IMG/VR virus record: IMGVR_UViG_3300044701_004608
Coordinates: 32,001 to 96,000 of that record
Strand: one strand, 5' to 3'
Length of the DNA: 64,000 nucleotides
Source: a virus
The position numbers and the translations under genes are program-made. A model generated the notes under the pieces. That model saw nothing but the letters and a program-made list of their open reading frames with translations. It was not told the DNA's origin and did no database searches. Below, one piece after another: positions 41,852 through 50,756 of this stretch (the stretch's first letter is position 1; each line of letters opens with the position of its first letter).

Positions 41852-42970
41852 TTAAGGGTTCTTAGCGAAGTTGGCCGCCGAGAAGCCAGCGCGATTGACT
41901 AGTTTCACCAGCCCTTCCGGGGTGCTGAAAACATACCCCTCCCCACCCGCGGCATCACCTATAGAAGCTTTTATGCTAGATTGCTGGCTATCTAACTGCT
42001 GTATATAACTGAGCTTGACTTGTGTTATAGCATCAAATAGCGCGAATGCGGCATTCACCCCTGTTCCGTTCTGGAACAGATAACCGTCTTGATTTTCGCC
42101 CAACAGAGTCTTTAATTTACCAGCAGATGTACCCGATGTTCCGAGCCAATCAGCGAAATTACGCTGTTCTCCCTTGACCCTAGCATTGACATATCGTTGC
42201 ATCAGTGCCGGTAAGTCAGTGATACGATTCTGTCTTAATGTGATAGGATCCAACAATGTAGCGATATCATTGCCGCGCTGATTGAGTATACGTTTAGCGG
42301 CGTCGATCAACCGCACCGGTTTCTTGAGAGCAGGTGTGTCGGGCAATTCTGGGGACATGATGACCGCTGGACCGCTTGCGCCTAAGTCACCTAGATTACC
42401 GTTCAATGGCTGAGCCGGGACATCAAAGTCTTCGAACCATTGATGTACCACTATACCTACGACGCTATTGGCTATGCGTTTGCCCAATGCGCTGTCGGCT
42501 GCTACACGATATGTCACGGTGTTAGGCTTGAAGACGAATTCGCCGCGGATAGGAGAAAGTCGTCCTGTCCACAGCAGATCACCCCAATAATATCCCTTTG
42601 ATGTTTTAGGGACGGTTTGCTCCAGAGCAGGCCAGATGACTGATAACTTTTCGTACAGGTCACCGCGATTGACTCCGCGATTCGCGTCATACTGTAAGAA
42701 CGCTTCGGGGCTCGTGATGTTACGACCCGACCCGTCTTTTTTAAGGAACATGTGTTTGTCCACGATCACTAACTGTCCATCGTGGTTGCGACCGAAGATC
42801 AAAGCAGGATATCCGTCCCACTTTACTGTGATATTCTTTTCGTTATCGGGTATAGATTCTAAAGCAGACAATGCTGACGCGGCACCATTTACTCCATCAG
42901 AAAACAACAGATCCTCTGGGTGGGCTATACGGATGCCTTCCGTCAGCGTGGAAATAAATTCTAACAACAT
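41852..42970 (-). CDS. ATP-dependent ligase-fold nucleotidyltransferase (DUF6267-like)
   Basis: Motif I TVKWDG, III-like GDLLW, IV EGYV, V VKLV. Confidence 0.7.
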   Translation of the reverse strand: MLLEFISTLTEGIRIAHPEDLLFSDGVNGAASALSALESIPDNEKNITVKWDGYPALIFGRNHDGQLVIVDKHMFLKKDGSGRNITSPEAFLQYDANRGVNRGDLYEKLSVIWPALEQTVPKTSKGYYWGDLLWTGRLSPIRGEFVFKPNTVTYRVAADSALGKRIANSVVGIVVHQWFEDFDVPAQPLNGNLGDLGASGPAVIMSPELPDTPALKKPVRLIDAAKRILNQRGNDIATLLDPITLRQNRITDLPALMQRYVNARVKGEQRNFADWLGTSGTSAGKLKTLLGENQDGYLFQNGTGVNAAFALFDAITQVKLSYIQQLDSQQSSIKASIGDAAGGEGYVFSTPEGLVKLVNRAGFSAANFAKNP

Positions 42971-43866
42971 CACCACTTGCGGCAGCTCCAATAACGTGCT
43001 TTGGTGCGTGGCCCGGGGTTGGCGCAGTTGTGTCTTGCGCGGAAACTCTTGCGGGCCTTGGGATTGCTTTTACGGATCTTCATGTCGGGGTCACCAAAGT
43101 TGACTTTTTTGACATTGCCGGTCTTGGGATCTTTGACATAGACCTTGAACTTCTTGACGTCACCACGCATGGGTTTACCCAGCGGGACTTTGCGACCTTG
43201 GTATTCGGCTTCTTCTAATGTCTCTTCTACTTCACCGTAGGCTTCGTAGAAAGAATCACCTTCGTATGTTTCTTCGAGGCTCTCGGGAACACAGTTAGGC
43301 ACAGTGCGACCGTCTTTTTTCTTAGTACCTACTGGATGATACCCTTTCCAGCAGGGATTATCTGTGCGCAGGCTTTCCCGGGCTGGCTGATATCCTCCTA
43401 GTCCCATTGGGTCTCCGGCGTTTTTGCCGGCTGATGCGAGGCCGGCTGCGATTCCTTTGGCAGCTCCGCCCAAGGCCTGCCCCACAGCACTTTTGGTCAC
43501 TGTGTCATAAGCTGTAACCGCTTTTTGCGCGACGGTTTTAACACCTTGACGGAATTTAAATTTTGAAGCGAGTTTGGCCGCTATATCCTTAGAAGCTATA
43601 CGACCTTGTCCGCCACGCTGGCCAGGTTTTTGCACCCATTGTTGACCTTGGAATTGATACCATAACCCATCTGGCCCCCATACTTCAGTGCCAACTGGGA
43701 TCGTTCCTGGAGCCGCAGGTTGCTGAGGCTGTGCGGGTTGTGCTGGGGGTGTCGCTTGCGTGGCGGCCTGTTGTCGTTGTTGTATAGCTTGTCTACGTTG
43801 CTTCAGGGCGGCTACTTGTGCTGGTACCTCTCCTCGAGCCTCTCGCATGATCTCATCGATTTTCAT
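42970..43866 (-). CDS. Modular head/internal protein
   Basis: MKIDEI start; PCWKGY..GTKKK.GRTVPNCVP and EAEYQGRKV.L..RKSFRARH.C..ARYWSC modules. Confidence 0.7.
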   Translation of the reverse strand: MKIDEIMREARGEVPAQVAALKQRRQAIQQRQQAATQATPPAQPAQPQQPAAPGTIPVGTEVWGPDGLWYQFQGQQWVQKPGQRGGQGRIASKDIAAKLASKFKFRQGVKTVAQKAVTAYDTVTKSAVGQALGGAAKGIAAGLASAGKNAGDPMGLGGYQPARESLRTDNPCWKGYHPVGTKKKDGRTVPNCVPESLEETYEGDSFYEAYGEVEETLEEAEYQGRKVPLGKPMRGDVKKFKVYVKDPKTGNVKKVNFGDPDMKIRKSNPKARKSFRARHNCANPGPRTKARYWSCRKW

Positions 43867-44107
43867 TTTTAGTCCTTTTAATACCGCGGGAGAACTTAGA
43901 GGAATTTTGGGATTTGATGCTGTTTAGCAAGCGGCGTTCAAGATCGCCGGCTGTTTCTTCATCAAAACTTTCTCGTATGTAGTTGATCAGATTAATAGCG
44001 CCTTGTATGACATGAACGGCGCGACTTTCGACGATAGCAGATCTGTCGCGGCGAGTGGATGCAAAGGAATCCAATTCATCTAGGATACTGCGTGTATTTT
44101 TCTGCAA
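43853..44107 (-). CDS. Hypothetical protein
   Basis: TRSILDEL..ESRA..I..AINL..LERRLLNSIK. Confidence 0.7.
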   Translation of the reverse strand: MQKNTRSILDELDSFASTRRDRSAIVESRAVHVIQGAINLINYIRESFDEETAGDLERRLLNSIKSQNSSKFSRGIKRTKNENR

Positions 44108-44149
44108 GATCTAATCTCCGTGGCAATCGTAGTGTTTTATATTTATGGC

Positions 44150-45154
44150 TTAACAGCCACAAACATCATCACAGATCAACAGGCGCCCGTCCACGTGTTT
44201 TTCTATGTTCCAGGATTGTTTAACAGCAGAAAACCATTGTATGCAGTGCTCCAAAGGATATTCTAGGGCATTATTTTCCCGTATCAACGGGGCGATCTGA
44301 TCGTTAGTGATCTGTCCATAGTTGTTATGACCATAGGTCTTTGGATACATGCCTGTGAAACAGCAAGGAAAAACATCGCCGGTAGCAGAAACATAGATAG
44401 ATCGTTTTTCTATAGTTTCACATGTATGCCCGGTTATGTTGGACTTACGTGGATGATAATTTTTGATATCTTGGCGTTCCGAGCGATAGTCATAAAATAC
44501 CACCTGGAAATCAGTTGATCCTCGGTAATCTCCTAACACATGAGTGAGATTACCATTTTTGTCAAATACCGGCCCAGTGTCTCTACCATGGTCAACGAGT
44601 TCAAACCAACTGAACCCCATTTCTTGAGAAAGTCTGCGGCAGGCATCAATCTGATGTTCGTTATGCCGGAATTTTATCATCTTCCAAGTGGCATTGCCAC
44701 CAGCATCAATGAATGTCTGTGCGTTCTTGATCACTGTGCTCCAAGATGTATTTTGTCGATAAAGATGATGTGTGTCTTCGAGACCGTCTAAGCAAAAGAG
44801 TACTGTAGAATTGGTCTCGGCTAATGCCTTCCAAAATTCTCGATTGCGAGCACCGCCATTAGTGCTGATCACTATTTTTAAATTGGGTGCCTGTTGTTTG
44901 AAATAACGCACGATGTCTAAAGTTTCGGGATTCATGACCATATCGCCGAAGTTGCCATTGATCAATATGCGATTCAGCCTGGACAGGAATTCTTGTGGGA
45001 AGATCCGCTTGACCATTTCCAAGGTCATATTGACTTCAGGGTAGCCATCATTTTGTGGATAGCCATTAAAATTCCTAGGGCATTGTGGGCAAGCGGCGTT
45101 GCATAAGGTGGAGATCTCTAGATGTACCTCACGTATGTCTTGATAGGCTATCAT
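44150..45154 (-). CDS. Radical SAM protein with C-terminal Twitch/SPASM-like cysteines
   Basis: CNAACPQC; G.VFPCC; terminal CDDVC. Confidence 0.9.
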   Translation of the reverse strand: MIAYQDIREVHLEISTLCNAACPQCPRNFNGYPQNDGYPEVNMTLEMVKRIFPQEFLSRLNRILINGNFGDMVMNPETLDIVRYFKQQAPNLKIVISTNGGARNREFWKALAETNSTVLFCLDGLEDTHHLYRQNTSWSTVIKNAQTFIDAGGNATWKMIKFRHNEHQIDACRRLSQEMGFSWFELVDHGRDTGPVFDKNGNLTHVLGDYRGSTDFQVVFYDYRSERQDIKNYHPRKSNITGHTCETIEKRSIYVSATGDVFPCCFTGMYPKTYGHNNYGQITNDQIAPLIRENNALEYPLEHCIQWFSAVKQSWNIEKHVDGRLLICDDVCGC

Positions 45155-46548
45155 TCTGAACGAGATTTCAATGAAGCTAACATGTTATGTAGTTTAGCCG
45201 ATTGCACCGAGGCTGTGACCTTGGGCGTGTCTTCTGCAGGAGTATCAGTGAGGTTGCTCTTAGGCTTGATCTGCCCCAGTATCGAAGACCCCATGCTTCG
45301 TGGTGCATCTTCGCCATCAGTCTGTTCCAAGGTGTCAGTGATGCGCATGGTCTCGATGTCATAGGCTAGATCGATCTTCTGCCCCACGCCGTTACTGGAA
45401 CGAGTCTTCATAGCTTGGATCTGATAACGTCCACGCTCACGCATGGCACGGCTAGTGAAGATACCAAACACGTTGTCTGCTGTATTGATCTTAGAGATAC
45501 CACCGGAGATGTGGCTGTGGTCAAACTCGATCTCTTCTACGGCACTACGGTTCAACTGCGAAGCTGTCACTAACAAGATGTTGAGTTCATCACTCAAGTT
45601 ACGCAGTTCTTCTGAAACATACTTGTCTTTGACGAACAAGTCGTTAGGTGATACTTTAGCACTCACGGGCATCAGCAAGTCCAAGTAGTCCACCATCACG
45701 AAGTCTACCTTCATGCCAGTCTGGATCTGTACTTCTTTCAAATAAGCACGGATGTCATTGATGTTTGATTGTGCTGGCAAGGCTTTGATCTGATAGCGGC
45801 CTGACTTCTTGCCCACGAGGTTGACCTTCATAGTGGCCGTGTCGAGATCCTTCCGGATGTCTTTGGTGCCCATGGATGCCAGCATGGCCGTGGTGCGTAA
45901 GGTACATAGTTCTTCTGACAGCTCTAGACTGATGTAGACACCACTGAGTCCTTGTTGTAGCCAATTGAGTGCCATGTTCATCATGACCAATGATTTGCCT
46001 GATCCCGAACCACCTGCGAAGATGTTCAACTGCCCACGGCTGAATCCACCATATAACACTTTGTCAAGGCTGGGCCAGCCTGTGCTGACTTGCCCGCCAT
46101 TGTCGTAGTAACTCTCGATCGCACCACGGGCATCATGGAAATAGTTGGTACCCATGTCTTTGGTCAGGGAAATCTGTACAGCATCCTTGACCAGTTTCTC
46201 TACGGGATCATACTCGCCTTTTTCGATCATGTCCGCGGCTTTGAGGATAGCCCGTTCCAGTTCCTGCCGTTTAGAGAAACCTTCGAACTCTTTCAAGAAC
46301 CACTCGTTGTGTCCTTCGCCCACATCGGGCACTTCTCGTAACTCTACGCCACATGCGGCTTTGACTTGCTCTCTCGTAGGCAAGGTCTTGTGGTCAGTGG
46401 CATGCTCGCGGAAAAACTCGGCCGCGCTTCTCAGACTGCGATCAAAGTTTTCGGGGTTGTAGATGTTTTGCACACGGATGAAGTTCTGTGCGTCCTGGAG
46501 CATCATCTCCAGGAATAGTTTCTGTAGATCTGGGGAATAGTCTTTCAT
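45151..46548 (-). CDS. DnaB-like replicative helicase (gp41-like)
   Basis: GGSGSGKS, VDYLDL, TASQLNR, SKINTAD, KTR. Confidence 0.92.
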   Translation of the reverse strand: MKDYSPDLQKLFLEMMLQDAQNFIRVQNIYNPENFDRSLRSAAEFFREHATDHKTLPTREQVKAACGVELREVPDVGEGHNEWFLKEFEGFSKRQELERAILKAADMIEKGEYDPVEKLVKDAVQISLTKDMGTNYFHDARGAIESYYDNGGQVSTGWPSLDKVLYGGFSRGQLNIFAGGSGSGKSLVMMNMALNWLQQGLSGVYISLELSEELCTLRTTAMLASMGTKDIRKDLDTATMKVNLVGKKSGRYQIKALPAQSNINDIRAYLKEVQIQTGMKVDFVMVDYLDLLMPVSAKVSPNDLFVKDKYVSEELRNLSDELNILLVTASQLNRSAVEEIEFDHSHISGGISKINTADNVFGIFTSRAMRERGRYQIQAMKTRSSNGVGQKIDLAYDIETMRITDTLEQTDGEDAPRSMGSSILGQIKPKSNLTDTPAEDTPKVTASVQSAKLHNMLASLKSRSE

Positions 46549-46551
46549 AGG

Positions 46552-47583
46552 TTAATTATATAGCCTCTTTTTGTGTAACTCGATCTTTAATCGTCCGCGC
46601 ACCCGTGCCGCCAATATGCTTTTGAGCACGAACAGTTGGCCCAACTCGGCCACTGCCTCTGATATGTCTTTGTAGTCTTTCTGCCATATGGGGTAACTCA
46701 CGGTCCAACCATATTCGATGGCGGCATCTATGAGCGCAGAGCCCGCACGGTCCGCGTCGGGCACCACTATGACTTCGCGATCCAGGTCTTCGATGATCTC
46801 GGCTTGCCGCAATGATATCCTGTTACTTAAAACAGCCACGCCACCGATGGCTAAGGCATCAAAGGGTCCTTCTGACACGATGACGAACTTGCTGTCGGCT
46901 CGCTGATGATCCACGCCATACACATAGTCGGGTTCGTAGTTCGAGTGATACTTGGGCTTGACATCGTCGTCGATGCCGCGAGCCGTGTAGCCTATGATCT
47001 CGCCCCGCCAAGTGAACGGGATTATGATGCGCCGATGTAGATTGTAAGCAGTCTCGGGTGTCCAGTAAAAGTCCTGCGAGGACAAGTCCAGGCCTCGTTC
47101 AGCGGCATATATCACAGCGGCATGGAACTCACGGGGCACATCCCGGTCCGCGTTGAGCGTGTAGAAGTTGCTGAGTGCCTGGAATGTCTGTGCTTCCTCG
47201 GGCAAGCTCCGTTTTTTAAATGTGATCTCTTCGCGGGGCTCGTCGGGGATAGCTTCGGGATTGACCAAGTCCTTGATGCGTAGTGCTTCGATGCCTAGTC
47301 GCTGGATGGTGTTTTCGTCGGCGCCCAACCAACCCAGCAATCGTTTGAAACGGAAGTTGAGATTGCGGCCGGGAGTGTAGTTGGCCTTGTAGCCGCAGTT
47401 GAAGCAGTGATAGTTGATGGCGCCTGACTCGTTGATGATGTAGCCACCTCTGCCTCGACGGTCCGCGCTTTCGCCGTTGTGTGCGCAACAGGGTGCGTTG
47501 AAACTGGTCCAGCCCGAAGCCGAAGTCTTTTTTCGGGCAGGAGTCAGTGATTGGAAAGCGTCTCGGATCGCATCTAGCATCAC
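46552..47583 (-). CDS. DNA primase
   Basis: Zn-binding CC..HCFNC; TOPRIM EGPFDA, PDAD, KD. Confidence 0.9.
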   Translation of the reverse strand: MMLDAIRDAFQSLTPARKKTSASGWTSFNAPCCAHNGESADRRGRGGYIINESGAINYHCFNCGYKANYTPGRNLNFRFKRLLGWLGADENTIQRLGIEALRIKDLVNPEAIPDEPREEITFKKRSLPEEAQTFQALSNFYTLNADRDVPREFHAAVIYAAERGLDLSSQDFYWTPETAYNLHRRIIIPFTWRGEIIGYTARGIDDDVKPKYHSNYEPDYVYGVDHQRADSKFVIVSEGPFDALAIGGVAVLSNRISLRQAEIIEDLDREVIVVPDADRAGSALIDAAIEYGWTVSYPIWQKDYKDISEAVAELGQLFVLKSILAARVRGRLKIELHKKRLYN

Positions 47584-47625
47584 GCTAGTATACAGGATTT
47601 TTTGAAGAAATCAAAGAGATTTTGG

Positions 47626-48987
47626 TTATGCTAGACCGTAAATGGATTTGGTAGCATTGTAGTTCTGTGCCACTTGGCTGGCTGTGAGTGCGGCGTTGTA
47701 CAATCTGGTGATGCCTATTCGACCGTTCATATATTGGCTATACTCACCGCCGTTATACGAGCCTATGTACAAGTTGGATGATGTGTTGAGTATGTCGGAG
47801 AAACTGTGTGACTTACTACTTACACTGACTCCATCGATATAGGCTTCCAGTGAGTTGGTGGCCGCATTTGTCCAGACATAAGCTACATGCGTCCAAGTGT
47901 TCAGGGGCAATGTATAAAGAGCGGTGTCTACTACGGTGCTGCCGTTGCCTAGTTGAGCATAAATGCCGGCCCCTTGGATACGGATACTGTATGACACATC
48001 TTGTGAAGCACCACCGGGATCAAACTTGCCCAATACCACTTTACTGCCGGTACCGCTGCTCAAATATACCCAGGCTTCCATAGTCCAGTCACCCGACCCA
48101 GGTTCCAATGCAGCCGCATCAGCGATGGTGATCTGGCTGCTGGTGCCGTTGTAGGCGAAGTAAGGATCGGTGTAGGTGATGTTGCTCATGGTGCCATTCA
48201 GGGAGGAACTGGCCAAGTTAGAGATGGCAGTGCCTGTGCCGGGATAACTCACTGGATCGCTGGGATCATACCACAAGACCAGATTAGAGGTCACGATCTC
48301 AGACTCAACGAATCTATCACGCAGGGCATAGTAGTTCTGCTGTATCTGTTCCTGTGTGAGTTTCGTGGTATACAGGAATGTATTGGCGACGTAGCCAAAT
48401 GGTTGACCATTGCTGACGCTACCTATATACCAATGGCTATTACCTGCGGCTGAGGCCGTGGTAGAACCCACCAGCACACCATTGATGTAGAACTGCTGTC
48501 CTAAACCGTCGCCGACCACAGCCCATTGTGCCCATACACCAGCGAGATCACTGACATCATAGTTGGCAGTAACGAAACTAAGTCCATCATTGTCCCACAT
48601 ACCTAAATCGTCGGTGTTTATGTTGGTCAACAATGGGTGATCATTGGGACTGGTGCGGAATAGTGTACGGAAGGTCGAGTCGATGGTATTCATCCGTGCC
48701 CAGGCGATATATGTGAAGCCTGTGGTGGGCAGCACTGGTCCTATGACATTGGCCGTGATTTGTCCTGTGGTCGTACAATCAAAACATTTCACACCATCCA
48801 GTACTGTATAGATACCAGCACTTGATAGATTCTGTGTCCGGCCATTGCCCGATAGATCAAAAACACTTGTGCCGGTACCGGAATAACTGGCTGCATCGTT
48901 GGCATCGATCCAGATAGCGAGATTGTCTGTGACAATGCTGGCATCTACTACACGCACACCCTGTAATCTCACACCCGATATGATCAT
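47626..48987 (-). CDS. Tandem LamG/concanavalin A-like tail-associated protein
   Basis: Two copies of IVT.NL..W.D....SY.GTGT...L..; YIDG/YING; QNY.A. Confidence 0.85.
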   Translation of the reverse strand: MIISGVRLQGVRVVDASIVTDNLAIWIDANDAASYSGTGTSVFDLSGNGRTQNLSSAGIYTVLDGVKCFDCTTTGQITANVIGPVLPTTGFTYIAWARMNTIDSTFRTLFRTSPNDHPLLTNINTDDLGMWDNDGLSFVTANYDVSDLAGVWAQWAVVGDGLGQQFYINGVLVGSTTASAAGNSHWYIGSVSNGQPFGYVANTFLYTTKLTQEQIQQNYYALRDRFVESEIVTSNLVLWYDPSDPVSYPGTGTAISNLASSSLNGTMSNITYTDPYFAYNGTSSQITIADAAALEPGSGDWTMEAWVYLSSGTGSKVVLGKFDPGGASQDVSYSIRIQGAGIYAQLGNGSTVVDTALYTLPLNTWTHVAYVWTNAATNSLEAYIDGVSVSSKSHSFSDILNTSSNLYIGSYNGGEYSQYMNGRIGITRLYNAALTASQVAQNYNATKSIYGLA

Positions 48988-50741
48988 TAGTACAATCTTT
49001 CGATGCTGATGAAGTTGTTGAGATAGGCAGGACCTATCATCAGTGTCACACGATACATCCTGTTGTTGGTTTTGTCATAGATGGTGTATTGTGCGGTATT
49101 GGCTTCGGCCACAAAGTTCCAATCAAACAGAGAAACGGACGGTGTGGTAGTGACTTCCAAGTTGTTGACTGAACTGCCACCTGTTCCGCCCGACCCGCCG
49201 TACCAGGCACCTATGTTAGCGAAGAATGATCCGGATACTGCGGCCACGCTCAATCCACGATTGCCGGTCGTTGGCACAGTGACTTTGAGATTGTCCAGAG
49301 TTACGAATGTGCCAGCATCAACTACACCACTGGCTTTCCACAGTAGTTCGCCGCCCACGCCAGCAGGTGCCTTGGCTAAATCTACATAAACACCTCTAGC
49401 ATCGCCGCCCTGGAATATTCTTACTTGATCTCGATATACATCAACAGTTACCATTCCACTAAGTGTAGTATTGGCCGCTGGTAAAGAAAGGTTTATCTCA
49501 CCACCTTCGTCACCCACAGAGTTGGTCGAAACCAATACCGGTGCTGAGAACGATCCAGTGTCGTCCATGGTCGCTGTATAACTACCGGCCACCAGTTCTA
49601 CATTGGCCGATGTGCCGACCACATCTCCGGTGATGGTGATGTTGCCTTCGAAGTTGCTGGCTGTGACTGTGCCCGATACTGTGAGATTGCCAGTGACAGT
49701 ATTGGTTATGTATCCGGCATCGTTGGTGAGTTCGCTGATGTTTGTTGGGACATCGGCTGGTGTGTATTCTACAGCGATCGCGCTGCCTACGGTGCTTACT
49801 GAAAGGGCTCCGTTACCGCTGGGCAAGTTCGTGATTTGGCTTACGCTGGTCGTGCCGGTCCAAGCAGTGGTTTGTACTGTGCTGTCTGGGAATGTCACGG
49901 TGCCATCGACACCAAATGTCCAGACATTATTGCTGCCTTCCATACCACTGTCTGTGGTGAGATTTATACCTAACCCGATTGGAGCATCGATCCTAAACAC
50001 TGGCGTACCTGCTCCACCTTCGTCGCCGATGAAACTTCCATCTTTGAAGTTGATGTAGTTTGGAACGGTCAGGTCGCCATTCGTGTCAAATGTCCATTCC
50101 TTGCCGGCATTGGTACTATCGGTGCGCAGGTTGATGTCGCCGATCGCTGCCAGTTGAGCCCTATTGCTGTTATCGGTATCATACAATACTAATCCAGCAT
50201 TGTCGTCTACAGGATGTAATGCGCCCTTGACAGGTAGATAGATCGCGCCATCTGTGCCAAGCGTCCATTGATTGTCGTTGGCTTTGAGGTACAAGGGAGG
50301 ATTCAAACCTGCGCCAACACTGAAGTGACTGATTTCGCCGCCCAGGAACAGTTGGGCATTGCTTTCGTCTTGTGTGCCACCAGCACGGATGTGTATGTGG
50401 TTGGGTAATGTAGGATCTACTATCAGATACTGATCGTTGCCGTAACTGCCACCGTTGTAATGTAAGGTGATGTCGGGTATGAGTTTGATGGTGTCAAGAC
50501 CATAACCATCGCCACTGTCGGCGTTCGATCCGTAAAAGATACCAGGACTCAGGACTTTGCTTTTTAAGTGGACTCTCTTGCCGTCGAATATCAAGAGTTC
50601 TAAGCGATCAGCGTCGATGTTTTGATTATAATCGCCCGCGAACAAGCCAATCTCACCATATGGGCGTATTTCATCCTGATCATCGTTATTGGCACTGTTG
50701 CCTTCGACTTGACTTACATTGATTCTGCGTATTCTTGCCAT
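48987..50741 (-). CDS. Tail fibre-like protein
   Basis: Repeated W.F..DG...P units, FPDSTVQTTA, PT.ISELTNDAGYIT. Confidence 0.75.
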   Translation of the reverse strand: MARIRRINVSQVEGNSANNDDQDEIRPYGEIGLFAGDYNQNIDADRLELLIFDGKRVHLKSKVLSPGIFYGSNADSGDGYGLDTIKLIPDITLHYNGGSYGNDQYLIVDPTLPNHIHIRAGGTQDESNAQLFLGGEISHFSVGAGLNPPLYLKANDNQWTLGTDGAIYLPVKGALHPVDDNAGLVLYDTDNSNRAQLAAIGDINLRTDSTNAGKEWTFDTNGDLTVPNYINFKDGSFIGDEGGAGTPVFRIDAPIGLGINLTTDSGMEGSNNVWTFGVDGTVTFPDSTVQTTAWTGTTSVSQITNLPSGNGALSVSTVGSAIAVEYTPADVPTNISELTNDAGYITNTVTGNLTVSGTVTASNFEGNITITGDVVGTSANVELVAGSYTATMDDTGSFSAPVLVSTNSVGDEGGEINLSLPAANTTLSGMVTVDVYRDQVRIFQGGDARGVYVDLAKAPAGVGGELLWKASGVVDAGTFVTLDNLKVTVPTTGNRGLSVAAVSGSFFANIGAWYGGSGGTGGSSVNNLEVTTTPSVSLFDWNFVAEANTAQYTIYDKTNNRMYRVTLMIGPAYLNNFISIERLY

Positions 50742-50756
50742 TTTGTTAGGTCCGTG

